In this document: one piece after another, positions 23,521 to 35,203 of the stretch | Numbering within the stretch: position 1 is the first letter of the stretch | How the letters are laid out: every line of letters begins with the position of its first letter | NCBI GenBank assembly: GCA_002269645.1 | Contig: NIVC01004073.1 | Span: 1 to 61,758, forward strand | Reading direction: 5' to 3' | DNA: 61,758 nt | Origin: Macrostomum lignano | Lineage: Eukaryota | Notes under the pieces: generated by a model | The model's input: only the letters and a program-made list of their open reading frames with translations | What the model was told of the DNA's origin: nothing | The model's database searches: none | Position numbers and translations under genes: made by a program

Positions 23521-24607
23521 AGGACCACTTCTTGTTTAAAAATGCAGCTTATATTTGTTACTGCTGTTACTAGTCTGAATACTGACTTTAGCTTATCATG
23601 CCTATACCAGAGCTTTTTTCGCTCAGTCTACAGCTTTAATTATTAATAATTTGAATTTCTGCACCCCCCTCTGCATTGTCTAGTCACATTAGTCTGAGTT
23701 GTAGCTTTTCTAGTTAATCATCAGTGTATTAACAATAAACTTGTTTTTACTGCAGTTAAAGTTTTATTAAGCAATTATGAGTGTATACATGTGTGTATTA
23801 TACATTGGCATTTGTTGTTGCATGCTGTACTTTGCAATATCGTTATTTTTGCTTCCAAGTTTTTTTATAATCACGCCTTGCTTGCATATTGTTGAATCTG
23901 ACAGTTAAAGAAATATGTACTAAATAACCGTATAGACTGGCTTTGTATATATTGTTGACTACTATTGGTTTTTATTCTATTTATTCTCTACGGCATGAAT
24001 TATGAGCTAACTTAATCCATGTTTTTAGGTATTTATGTACTAGGCTAATAATCAATAGTCATTAGTTGTTAAGAACTTTACCGTGACAAGAATCGCTAAA
24101 TATTGTCTGCAAACAACTCAGTAATGACTCTAGCGACTCTGGGGTGACTCCTTTGACTGTAATGCACACTGTTGAGTCACAAGCGCATCACTTGAGTTGT
24201 AGAATCGTAGAGTCGTCCAAGAGTCGCTGTGTTAGCGCTTAACTGTCTACTAACTCAAGTAGACTAAATGGAGTTGTTATCACGCCTCAAACTGACTCTT
24301 AGGCGACTCTTAGAAGACTTCTTGTCCTGTTTTACCTGTGTTACCTTCAACGACACTGGGTCTCGACGCAATTGAATCTAGGAGGCTTCCTGGCCTAAGT
24401 ACCAGAATATATCGATGAATCAAAGAATAGGGCTTAACTAGCTATTTTCTATTGCTAATTGGAAATTGGAAATTCTGAGCTCATTATTTGCGTACTTTTG
24501 CTCCCTGAAGGGGGGTGAATTGCTAGTCTAATATACTAAAAATGAAAATCTTGAACTCAATACAAAGCATTCATAATTTGTTTTTGCATGCTGAAAAACC
24601 GCCAGCC

Positions 24608-24973
24608 ATGTCTAGCGAGGACAGCCCCGCCCCAGTGTCCTCTGTCGGGCCGGAAGTGGACGCTCTATCAATGAAAGCGGCCCTATCTAGCGCGCCTACA
24701 ACCGGACACTATATGGCCGGCATGACAGCTGTGGCCTGGCTGTGCCGCAATGCTTATTTAAAAGCGCCCTGGTTCTACCAGCTGCCGCAGGGTCTGGTTG
24801 GCACAGCCGCTGTGTTTACCGCCGGCTATTTGCTAGACGTGTACTGGAATAATGAGCTCAAAATGCGAGCCGCCTACGTGGCCGACTTCAAGCGAACTCA
24901 CCCGGAGCTTTACCCGGAGACCAGGCGGCTGCGCTGGGGCGAGGTGCTCGATCCTTGGGTGCCGAAGCGTTAA
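24608..24973 (+). CDS. NDUFC2: NADH dehydrogenase 1 subunit C2 (B14.5b), intronless, 121 aa
   Basis: Two hydrophobic segments and the C-terminus RAAYVADFKRTHPELYPETRRLRWGEVLDPWVPKR, matching the NDUFC2 pattern YxxLHPExFP...YGExxxxxxPxR. Confidence 0.8.
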   Translation: MSSEDSPAPVSSVGPEVDALSMKAALSSAPTTGHYMAGMTAVAWLCRNAYLKAPWFYQLPQGLVGTAAVFTAGYLLDVYWNNELKMRAAYVADFKRTHPELYPETRRLRWGEVLDPWVPKR

Positions 24974-25321
24974 TTAACCTAATGCTTGAGTAGGAGGGAG
25001 CAAGGCAGATTTTTAATGCTCTCTGTTCTATTTTTAGAAAATGTCGTCATCCTATTCAATACATCTTAGTATATAGGTTTAAAAGTGTGTAGCGTCCCTT
25101 AGATTAGATGGGCTCTTTAGTTCCCGTAGTGACAGTGGAATAATAGGCCATGCCTAGTGTATATTCAAAACTGCTATTTAGCTAATATAAATCAACTTGT
25201 TATGCTCTTTTTCAAATGCCTGGACGAACTGGCTAAAAAGTTTGTTGTGGTTGACTTGTCCACTCTATTTTCTATCTTACTTTTGTTTAGTATGTGCTTG
25301 AACCTAGCGTTGTCATGTTTG

Positions 25322-25970
25322 CAGGAATGTAGAGAGAATAGATGTCAGAGACAGGAATGTGGGAGAGAATAGATGTCAGGGACAGGAATGTGGTAGAGAA
25401 TAGATGTCAGAGACAGGAATGGGGAGAGAATAGATGTCAGAGACAGGAATATGGGAGAGAATAGATGTCAGAGACAGAAATATGGGAGAAAATAGATGTC
25501 AGGGACAGGAATGTGGGAGAGAATAGATGTCAGAGACAGGAATGTGATAGAGAATAGATGTCAGAGACAGGAATGTGATAGAGAATAGATGTCAGAGACA
25601 GGAATAGGGGAGAGAATAGATGTCAGAGACAGAAATATGGGAGAAAATAGATGTCAGGGACAGGAATGTGGAAGTGAATAGATGTCAGAGACAGGAATGT
25701 GATAGAGAATAGATGTCTGAGACAGGAATGTGATAGAGAATAGATGTCAGAGACAGGAATGGGGAGAGAATAGATGTCAGAGACAGAAATATGGGAGAAA
25801 ATAGATGTCAGGGACAGGAATGTGGGAGTGAATAGATGTCAGAGACAGGAGTGTGATAGAGAATAGATGTCAGAGACAGGAATGTGATAGAGAATAGATG
25901 TCAGAGACAGGAATGTGATAGAGAATAGATGTCAGAGACAGGAATAGGGGAGAGAATAGATGTCAGAGAC
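25322..25970. repeat. 31-bp minisatellite
   Basis: GAGAATAGATGTCAGAGACAGGAATGTGATA repeated with variants. Confidence 0.95.
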
Positions 25971-26054
25971 TAATAGTAGTATATATGAGAAAACTACCAC
26001 AACTCTCCCGTTTATTATATTTTTATGTTTGCAACTTGCTCTCACAAATCAGCC

Positions 26055-26453
26055 ATGCAGGTTAGCAACAAGCTCGGTGCACTGCTAACAGCTGTAACTG
26101 CCGCAGTGTTTGTTTCCAGCTGCCTAGCCAATACCCACAACGCCATCCTTGGCGGCTGGAGCCAGATGAAGCAGTCTGATATGGATAGCGACGTATTTCG
26201 CGAGTGCCTGGATGCAGCTGCCGCTGAGTACAACGCCCGGCTAGCTTCATCTGATGGAGATTCCAGTGTGAAAGCTACCGTAGGCCGAGTGAGCCAGGCC
26301 CAGCAGCAGGTGGTGTCTGGAATGAAGTACAAATTTAAGGCTAGTATGACTGTGCCCGGCTGCGACTCCTGCGAGGACAGGAGCTGCGAATTTGTAGTCT
26401 GGTATCGCGCCTGGATGCCGGAGCGAGCCAAGGTGCTTAGCGTGAATTGTTAA
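26055..26453 (+). CDS. Secreted cystatin (cysteine protease inhibitor), intronless, 132 aa
   Basis: Signal-peptide-like N-terminus, LGGW, QVVSG reactive loop, C-terminal cysteines and WYRAW in place of the PW loop. Confidence 0.85.
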   Translation: MQVSNKLGALLTAVTAAVFVSSCLANTHNAILGGWSQMKQSDMDSDVFRECLDAAAAEYNARLASSDGDSSVKATVGRVSQAQQQVVSGMKYKFKASMTVPGCDSCEDRSCEFVVWYRAWMPERAKVLSVNC

Positions 26454-27322
26454 AGCCTTGGTTTTAACCACAGATACTAGAATAACTGGATGGGCCGCTC
26501 AGCACATTTGCGTGTGAGCTGCTTTCAGTTCAGTAGTAGCTTAAACTGAAGCATTTTAATGTATTTTTAAAGCCAAGGCTCATTTATTAGCTCAGATTAA
26601 ACCCTCTCACCGCACCTTTCCACACTACCCCCCGCCCCGCCCCAATTTTTATTGCCTTTCTCGGAATTCCAGCCTAAAGCTGCCATGTACATTTCAGTGG
26701 ACAGTCTAATGTACATTACTGAACCAATTAGCAATTTGTTTACGCCTGCAAGATTGGGCTTCTAAACTTATCAAAGTCATTTTAGCTGCCTTTATTTTTA
26801 TAAAATAGCTTATATATTCTTCTTTGCTACTGAACTGAAAGTGGCTTGCACGCGGGTGTGCTGAGTGGCCCATGTAGTTATTCTAGTATCTGTTGGTTTC
26901 AACTTTGGGAAGCTGCAAGTTTGACAGTCGGTCAAATTGTTTAGTTTATGATCGAAGCCCAGGCTAGATAAGCCACTGATAGGTGATAAAGCACAGCTCT
27001 CGGCCATAGACAAAAAAGCCATCAAGCCGACCGCTCGCAATTTTAAGCTGTCACTCTCCCACAGGCCAAAGCCAACTGACTAAGGCTCTGCTCTCTGGTT
27101 AAAAAAGCAAAGTAGAGAATTTCAAAACATGTTTATGAAAGGCAGACAATTTGATTTTACCTGCGTCTAAATGAAGACAAAATTAAGTATATAATCGGAT
27201 AAAGTTTCAGTTTAAAGAGTCTGTTTATATGTACATAGACGTCAAAATATTCTAGAATATTCTACACCTTTTTACGTTCAATTTTGATCAAAGTCCAGTT
27301 CTAAAAAAACTAGCGGAAATTC

Positions 27323-27459
27323 AATTCAGACAATTCAGACTGGGTACAATTTTGTCTATGGCTAAACCTTGCCTTGGTGGCAGAATGTTTTGAACTGGGG
27401 TTTGTTTCTATTGATTTTCCGTAAGCGTTCCCCCCCCCCCAGTCTGAATGGTCTGAATT
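27323..27459. repeat. 22-bp inverted repeat pair (possible small MITE)
   Basis: AATTCAGACAATTCAGACTGGG (27323-27344) and CCCAGTCTGAATGGTCTGAATT (27438-27459) differ by one mismatch. Confidence 0.6.
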
Positions 27460-28229
27460 CGATGTTGTCTGCGAGATAGATAGCAAGTCTGGAAGCCTCT
27501 CAATTCAGTGGATATTTAGGCATGGGTTTCGACCATAGACTAAAGCTTCTCTCTGACTAACTCTTAAGCTTGGCATCCATTTGAGCGCAAACTGCTCAAA
27601 GTCGCATTATTGAGCTCCTATTGTTAAGTGGTTATGGCTATTAAGCTTAATGTATATTCCGCTCCACATGTAGTTTATTTTCTTCTTAGCAGCTATTCTT
27701 GTCTGCTAAGGACTTCTAAATTTGTATTTTTCGTTCTTTTATACTCCAGAATACTACTTAGTAAGTAGTTTAAACTTCGCACTTGATAAAATATACTTAA
27801 GGCAGTGATGTTTGATACTGTTTTGGGTGTTGGGACTTTTCTGTTTTGATCCGTTTGTTGGATGAAACTTTCATGCATGTAAAAAATTGTGAAGGTCCAT
27901 GGCCATCAGTCATTCGCCACGGGTTATTTTTGCATATATATTTGTATATTTTACCTCATCTAAATTCGATATATTGTTTCATTGCTGGTTCGATAATTAT
28001 TTTTGAAATGCTTTAACTTTGCTATCACACGCGCGGCCATATTAAACAGTTATTGCCGCGACCGAATTCTGTTTATTTTGTCATCCCTTTCTTAAAAATG
28101 CCCAGAAAGTTTGAACTTTCAGACTTCTCAATACACTTTGTTGAAGCTTCTGTGCGCTTAGATTTGCTCCTTCTTTACGGGCATGCAGACTACTCGCTTT
28201 TTTAAATTGGTTATAATATGATGTAATAA

Positions 28230-28251
28230 ATAGATTGATTGATTAGTAGAC

Positions 28252-28338
<87 letters not shown>

Positions 28339-28352
28339 AAGATAGAAAGATG

Positions 28353-28430
<78 letters not shown>

Positions 28431-28447
28431 AAAAAGATAGATTGATA

Positions 28448-28494
<47 letters not shown>

Positions 28495-28530
28495 AGACCG
28501 ACAGGCAGGCAGGCAGACAGACAGGCAGGC

Positions 28531-28605
<75 letters not shown>

Positions 28606-28608
28606 TAA
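28230..28608. repeat. Compound microsatellite (GATA)n-(GATT)n-(GGCA/GACA)n
   Basis: Directly visible. It explains ORFs between 28158 and 29072. Confidence 0.97.
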
Positions 28609-28658
28609 GTAAGCCGCTTGTGCCCACCACCGCAGCCAATCGCTGAGCCCGGACAGAG

Positions 28659-28886
28659 ATGGCCCGCGGTCACCAGAAGATCCAGTCGCAGCAGAAAAAC
28701 GCTGAGAAGAAAGCCGCAATGAAAAAGTCGCAAGGCTCTGACCAGAAGAAGGCAGCTCAGAAAGCTCTGGTGTACACCTGCACCGTGTGCAAGGCTCAGA
28801 TCGGGGACATCAAGACCTACAAGATGCACTTCGAGGCCAAGCACCCCAAGATGGAGCTGCCAGCCGACCTCAAAGATGTGGAGTGA
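28659..28886 (+). CDS. ZNF706: Zinc finger protein 706, copy 1, intronless, 75 aa
   Basis: MARGHQKIQSQQKNA...DQKKAAQKALVYTCTVC...YKMHFEAKHPK, a 4F5 domain plus C2H2 finger as in ZNF706. Confidence 0.92.
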   Translation: MARGHQKIQSQQKNAEKKAAMKKSQGSDQKKAAQKALVYTCTVCKAQIGDIKTYKMHFEAKHPKMELPADLKDVE

Positions 28887-29364
28887 GAGGCTTGGAAATT
28901 TTGTCGGGCTATCGGGAGGTCCGAGTGACTGAGTCCGGTTATCCAGACATTGCCGTCTATATAGTGTACTTCTGTGATCCATTACTAGAGGCCGATTATA
29001 TTTTCGTATAAAAACTTTGAGCCCTAGGTATTGAAAAATTAAAGCAGCCAGAATTACCGCTTTGTGGGCCATTTATCCTATACTTTTAAACACATTCGTT
29101 GGAGTTTACTTGTTTTTTTCATTGCGAGTAAGTAGTTAACGCTCGTCAACTAAGGCAGGAGAAGCAAAAATAAGCCACTGCCTCAAAATTTCTGCTTTAA
29201 ATTGTCCGAATAAAATCTTTTTTTTATCTAAATATACGACGAACTTAATAGCATCATTCTGGTGCTTTCCTAACAGTTTTTTTGCCTGGCTGATTGATGC
29301 TATTTCTTTAATAAATTTTATTCAACTAGCTCTAATACCAATTCAGATGGATGTTGTGTCATTT

Positions 29365-30070
29365 CAGAGCTCTGGTTGGCTATCCACTACCTTCCCAAGA
29401 TATAAGAGCGGCGGAGAGCTCTGATTGGCTATCCACTCCCAACCCAAGATATGAGAGCGGCGGAGAGCTCTGATTGGCTATCCACTCCCTCTCCAAGATA
29501 TGAGAGCGGCGGAGAGCTCTGATTGGCTATCCACTCCCTCTCCAAGATATGAGAGCGGCGAAGAGCTCTGATTGGCTATCCACTCCCTCTCCAAGATATG
29601 AGAGCGGCGGAGAGCTCTAATTGGCTATCCACTCCCTCCCCAAGATATGAGAGCGGCGGAGAGCTCTGATTGGCTATCCACTCCCAACCCAAGATATAAG
29701 AGCGGCGGAGAGCTCTGATTGGCTATCCACTCCCTCTCCAAGATATGAGAGCGGCGGAGAGCTCTGATTGGCTATCCACTCCCTCTCCAAGATATGAGAG
29801 CGGCGAAGAGCTCTGATTGGCTATCCACTCCCTCTCCAAGATATGAGAGCGGCGGAGAGCTCTGATTGGCTATCCACTCCCTCCCCAAGATATGAGAGCG
29901 GCGGAGAGCTCTGATTGGCTATCCACTCCCTCTCCAAGATATGAGAGCGGCGGAGAGCTCTGATTGGCTATCCACTCCCTCTCCAAGATATGAGAGCGGC
30001 GGAGAGCTCTAATTGGCTATCCACTCCCTCCCCAAGATATGAGAGCGGCGGAGAGCTCTGATTGGCTATC
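29365..30070. repeat. 49-bp minisatellite, about 15 units, each with a reverse CCAAT box
   Basis: GAGAGCGGCGGAGAGCTCTGATTGGCTATCCACTCCCTCTCCAAGATAT repeated. CTGATTGGCT is the reverse complement of AGCCAATCAG. Confidence 0.95.
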
Positions 30071-30112
30071 ACACGTTGCCCTCCCGCAGCCAATCGCTGA
30101 GCCCGGACAGAG

Positions 30113-30340
30113 ATGGCCCGCGGTCACCAGAAGATCCAGTCGCAGCAGAAAAACGCTGAGAAGAAAGCCGCAATGAAAAAGTCGCAAGGCTCTGACCAGA
30201 AGAAGGCAGCTCAGAAAGCTCTGGTGTACATCTGCACCGTGTGCAAGGCTCAGATCGGGGACATCAAGACCTACAAGATGCACTTCGAGGCCAAGCACCC
30301 CAAGATGGAGCTGCCAGCCGACCTCAAGGATGTGGAGTGA
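30113..30340 (+). CDS. ZNF706: Zinc finger protein 706, copy 2, 75 aa
   Basis: Differs from copy 1 at two nucleotides: ACC>ATC (Thr>Ile) and AAA>AAG (silent). Confidence 0.92.
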   Translation: MARGHQKIQSQQKNAEKKAAMKKSQGSDQKKAAQKALVYICTVCKAQIGDIKTYKMHFEAKHPKMELPADLKDVE

Positions 30341-31376
30341 ATAACGGAATTTTGTTATGTAATAATAAACAGCCAACATTACCTGCGGCTCTGTTAATTT
30401 TTACTGATAAGCATCAGGGGTTTATTTTATTCGGTTTGCTTATAGACCGGCGATCTTTAAGGTAGTGTTCTGTTACTGCGTTTCTATACAGTGCTGCGTA
30501 TGTACGGGCTGTTTTTACTACACTGTATGCTTGCTAAAGGAGCTTAAATTGTGCGCTTTGTTATACCTAAGCTAATGCGTCTGATATACGAGCTATAATA
30601 ATCTTTTGTTTCTTGTTTGATCGGCCAGAATTATAAGCCAGAATTTTGCTTGCGCTACTTATAGTAGCTAAATAAAAATTGCGTTATTCTGCTAATGTTG
30701 AAGTAGGCCACAGAAAAATGCGGTAAATATACTTTATTACAGTATCTAATTCATAATGCCTTTATCTTCAATTTGGTTGCTTTATTATTTAAAAAAGGCT
30801 TTGATCTGATAAAAATAACACAAAAAGAGACCTCGCAATAGCTGGGGCATCGATAAAGTAGGGGGGGGATTTCAATTAAAAGCAGCAATACAATTATTGA
30901 ACAAATTGTTTTGTATGATAATCCGCAAACGTTGCTGCCTAAAATAATTTAAGCGTTGAAAATGATAAATAAACTAGTTAAATAGATTCATATATGCGAG
31001 TTTAGGACAAGTTTTTTGAACTTGCAAACATAAATTACTGCAGTAGAATGACGCTGCATCCGATTTTTCTTAAAAACCAGCTGGAGGCGCGTGGCGCTAA
31101 AGGAGGTTTTGCCATAGACAACTTCGGTGGAGAAAAATCCTATTAAAATGCCGTTATTTACCGGCCTCCAGTTTTTTTCTTAGCAAATCCAGTTCAACAT
31201 CTTGCTAATTCAATTGCACGTGCTTGTAGATTGGTTAATAAAATAACAAATATCCTCTTGTCAACTTCTTGTTATATTGTCAAAGCACTAGATAAATGAG
31301 ATCATAAAGTTATAACTCTCAGCAACATGTTCGAATTCCAACCACTGATAAACCTTTGTCAGATCGGAGCTTTCAT

Positions 31377-34197
31377 ATCTCCGAAGCTTCATGTCTCTGT
31401 AAGGGTTAAAAGTTATGCTTAGGGTTAGGGTTAGGGTTTGTCGGAGATATGAAGTGTCCGGGATATGTTGTGTCGGAGATATGAAGTGTCGGAGATATGA
31501 AGTGTCGAAGATATGAAGTGTCGAAGATATGAAGTGTCGGCGATATAAAGTGTCGGAGATATTAAGTGTCCGGGATGAAGTGTCGGAGATATGAAGTGTC
31601 CGGGATATGTTGTGTCGGAGATATGAAGTGTCGGAGATATGAAGTGTCGGAGATATGAAGTGTCGGAGATGTGAAGTGTCGGAGATCGAAGTGTCGGAGA
31701 TATGAAGTGTCGGAGATATGAAGTGTCGGAGATATGAAGTGTCGGAGATATGAAGTGTCAAAGAGATATGAAGTGTCGGAGAGATGAAGTGTCCGGGATA
31801 TGTTGTGTCGGAGAGATGAAGTGTCCGGGATATGTGTCGGAGAGATGAAGTGTCCGGGATATGTTGTGTCCGAGAGATGAAGTGTCCGGGATATGAAGTG
31901 TCGGAGATATGAAGTGTCCGGGATATGAAGTGTCGGCGATATAAAGTGTCGGAGATATGAAGTGTCCGGGATATGAAGTGTCGGAGATATGAAGTGTCCG
32001 GGATATGAAGTGTCGGCGATATAAAGTGTCGGAGATATGAAGTGTCCGGGATATGAAGTGTCGGCGATATGAAGTGTCCGGGATATGAAGTGTCGGAGAT
32101 ATGAAGTGTCCGGGATATGAAGTGTCGGAGATATGAAGTGTCCGGGATATGAAGTGTCGGAGATATGAAGTGTCCGGGATATGTGTCGGAGATATGAAGT
32201 GTCGGCGATATGAAGTGTCGGAGATATGAAGTGTCCGGGATATGTTGTGTCGGAGAAATGAAGTGTCCGGGATATGAAGTGTCGGCGATATAAAGTGTCG
32301 GAGATATGAAGTGTCCGGGATATGAAGCGTCCGAGAGATGAAGTGTCCGGGATATGAAGTGTCGGAGATATGAAGTGTCCGGGATATGAAGTGTCGGCGA
32401 TATAAAGTGTCGGAGATATGAAGTGTCCGGGATATGAAGTGTCCGAGAGATGAAGTGTCCGGGATATGAAGTGTCGGGTGTGAAGTCTCGGGGATATGAA
32501 GAGTCCGGGATATAAAGTGTCGGAGATATGAAGTGTCGGAGATCTGAAGTGTCGGAGATATGAAGTGTCGGAGATATGAAGTGTCGGAGATATGAAGTGT
32601 CGGAGATATGAAGTGTCAAAGAGATATGAAGTGTCGGAGATATGAAGTGTCAAAGAGATATGAAGTGTCGGAGATATGAAGTGTCGGCGACATAAAGTGT
32701 CGGAGATATGAAGTGTCCGGGATATGTTGTGTCGGAGATATGAAGTGTCGGCGATATGAAGTGTCCGGGATATGTTGTGTCGGAGATATGAAGTGTCTGG
32801 GATATGTTGTGTCGGAGAGATAAAGTGTCCGGGATATGAAGTGTCGGAGAGATGAAGTGTCGGGTGTGAAGTCTCGGGGATATGAAGTGTCCGGGACATA
32901 AAGTGTCGGGGATATGAAGTGTCCGGAATATAAAGTGTCCGGAATATGAAGTGTCGGCGGCGATATGAAGTGTCGGAGAGATGAAGTGTCGGAGATATGA
33001 AGTGTCGGAGATATGAAGTGTCGGAGATATGAAGTGTCCGGGATATGAAGTGTCGGAGATATGAAGTGTCGGCGATATGAAGTGTCGGAGAGATGAAGTG
33101 TCCGGGATATGTTGTGTCGGAGAGATGAAGTGTCCGGGATATGTGTCGGAGAGATGAAGTGTCCGGGATATGTGTCGGAGAGATGAAGTGTCCGGGATAT
33201 GTTGTGTCCGAGAGATGAAGTGTCCGGGATATGAAGTGTCGGAGATATGAAGTGTCCGGGATATGAAGTGTCGGAGATATGAAGTGTCCGGGATATGAAG
33301 TGTCGGCGATATAAAGTGTCGGAGATATGAAGTGTCCGGGATATGAAGTGTCGGCGATATGAAGTGTCCGGGATATGAAGTGTCGGAGATATGAAGTGTC
33401 CGGGATATGAAGTGTCGGAGATATGAAGTGTCCGGGATATGAAGTGTCGGAGATATGAAGTGTCCGGGATATGTGTCGGAGATATGAAGTGTCGGCGATA
33501 TGAAGTGTCGGAGATATGAAGTGTCCGGGATATGTTGTGTCGGAGAGATGAAGTGTCCGTGATATGAAGTGTCGGCGATATAAAGTGTCGGAGATATGAA
33601 GTGTCCGGGATATGAAGCGTCCGAGAGATGAAGTGTCCGGGATATGAAGTGTTGGAGATATGAAGTGTCCGGGATATGAAGTGTCGGCGATATAAAGTGT
33701 CGGAGATATGAAGTGTCCGGGATATGAAGTGTCGGAGATATGAAGTGTCCGGGATATGAAGTGTCGGAGATATGAAGTGTCCGGGATATGTGTCGGAGAT
33801 ATGAAGTGTCCGGGATATGTGTCGGAGATATGAAGTGTCGGCGATATGAAGTGTCGGAGATATGAAGTGTCCGGGATATGTTGTGTCGGAGAGATGAAGT
33901 GTCCGGGATATGAAGTGTCGGCGATATAAAGTGTCGGAGATATGAAGTGTCCGGGATATGAAGTGTCCGAGAGATGAAGTGTCCGGGATATGAAGTGTCG
34001 GAGATATGAAGTGTCCGGGATATGAAGTGTCGGCGATATAAAGTGTCGGAGATATGAAGTGTCCGGGATATGAAGTGTCGGAGATATGAAGTGTCCGGGA
34101 TATGAAGTGTCGGCGATATGAAGTGTCGGAGAGATGAAGTGTCCGGAATATGAAGTGTCGGGTATGTGAAGTGTCAGCGATATGAAGTATCGGAGAT
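31377..34197. mobile_element. Foldback-like element filled with a ~16-bp-unit satellite
   Basis: The left 23 bp ATCTCCGAAGCTTCATGTCTCTG matches the reverse complement of the right end (ATCTCCGATACTTCATATCGCTG) at 19/23 positions. (TTAGGG)3 lies near 31419-31436, followed by about 2.75 kb of GATATGAAGTGTC(GGA/CGG) units. No TSD was seen. It explains the 926-aa and 443-aa ORFs. Confidence 0.6.
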
Positions 34198-34708
34198 GCA
34201 ATTTTTTGGCCACTGGTTTTGATGGGGCGGAAACCTTAATGTGTTGCTGAGAGTACTTGTAGTACTTTTGTAGTAACGATGTACTCAATAGAAACAGGAC
34301 AGGCACACAATTGCAATGAGAGCAATATAATCTGTTTCTCATTGGCTCGAGGGCGGAGGAGGAGGCGCTAGCTATTCATGAATTATCGGAGTTCCACGGC
34401 TATACATGAACACGGATCTACAATAGTCATACTGAAAGATATGATATCGTGCGCATGCAATCCAGCAATGCTGTACGTGGGCATGGACTTATGAGAGGCA
34501 ATTTTGTTACGCAATTGCACGTTTAAAATTTCGATATTTGCTAAAAATATATCGCTCAAATCCTCAAAAGCATGGTGATCTATAACCTTTAAACTTGTAA
34601 TCTTGAGCCAAAAATTTTGTAGATTTCATTTGAGGGATCGCCAAAGCTACTTCAAGGGGTGGCGCATATACAGGTACGTATACTTTTGTCAAGTCAAGAA
34701 GCGGCGTA

Positions 34709-35019
34709 AGGGCTAGGGTAGGGCTAAGGGTTAGGGCTGGGGCTAGGGCTGGGACTAGGGTAGGGCTAAGGGTCAGGGCTGGGGCTAGGGTAGGGCTAAG
34801 GGTTAGGGCTGGGGCTAGGGTAGGGCTAAGGGTTAGGACTGGGACTAGGGTAGGGCTAAGGGTTAGGGCTGGGGCTAGGGTAGGGCTGGGGTTAGGGTAG
34901 GGTAGGGCTGGGGCTGGTAGGGTTAGGGCTGGGGTTAGGGTAGGGTTAGGGCTGGGGCTAGGGTAGGATTAGGGCTGGGGTTAGGGTAGGGTTAAGGCCG
35001 GGGCTAGGGTGGGGCTAGG
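34709..35019 (+). repeat. Degenerate telomere-like G-rich array (GGGCTAGGGTAGGGCTAAGGGTTAGGG)
   Basis: Dozens of GGG tracts separated by 1-3 nt, including TTAGGG units. Confidence 0.9.
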
Positions 35020-35203
35020 TTTCGGGCTCTTATCTAATCTGTCTATCGTTTGTTTTAACTGGAACCAGCAGAAACAATTGTACCAATCAGTTAAGTATTT
35101 GGTATCCGAGATGGGGGTATGTTTTTGATCGCCAATTAATGTCCTAGATGACACAAAATGCCCTCGCGAGCTCATGTACATGTACACATGCAAGATGCTG
35201 CAG

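Noticed and set aside
24110-24320. Cluster of GACTC/GAGTC motifs in both orientations
   Set aside because: No clean TIR or TSD could be defined. It is possibly a decayed MITE but is not supportable.
31288-34342. 926-aa and 443-aa ORFs
   Set aside because: These are translations of the ~16-bp satellite, open in several frames, with no unique domain or splice support.
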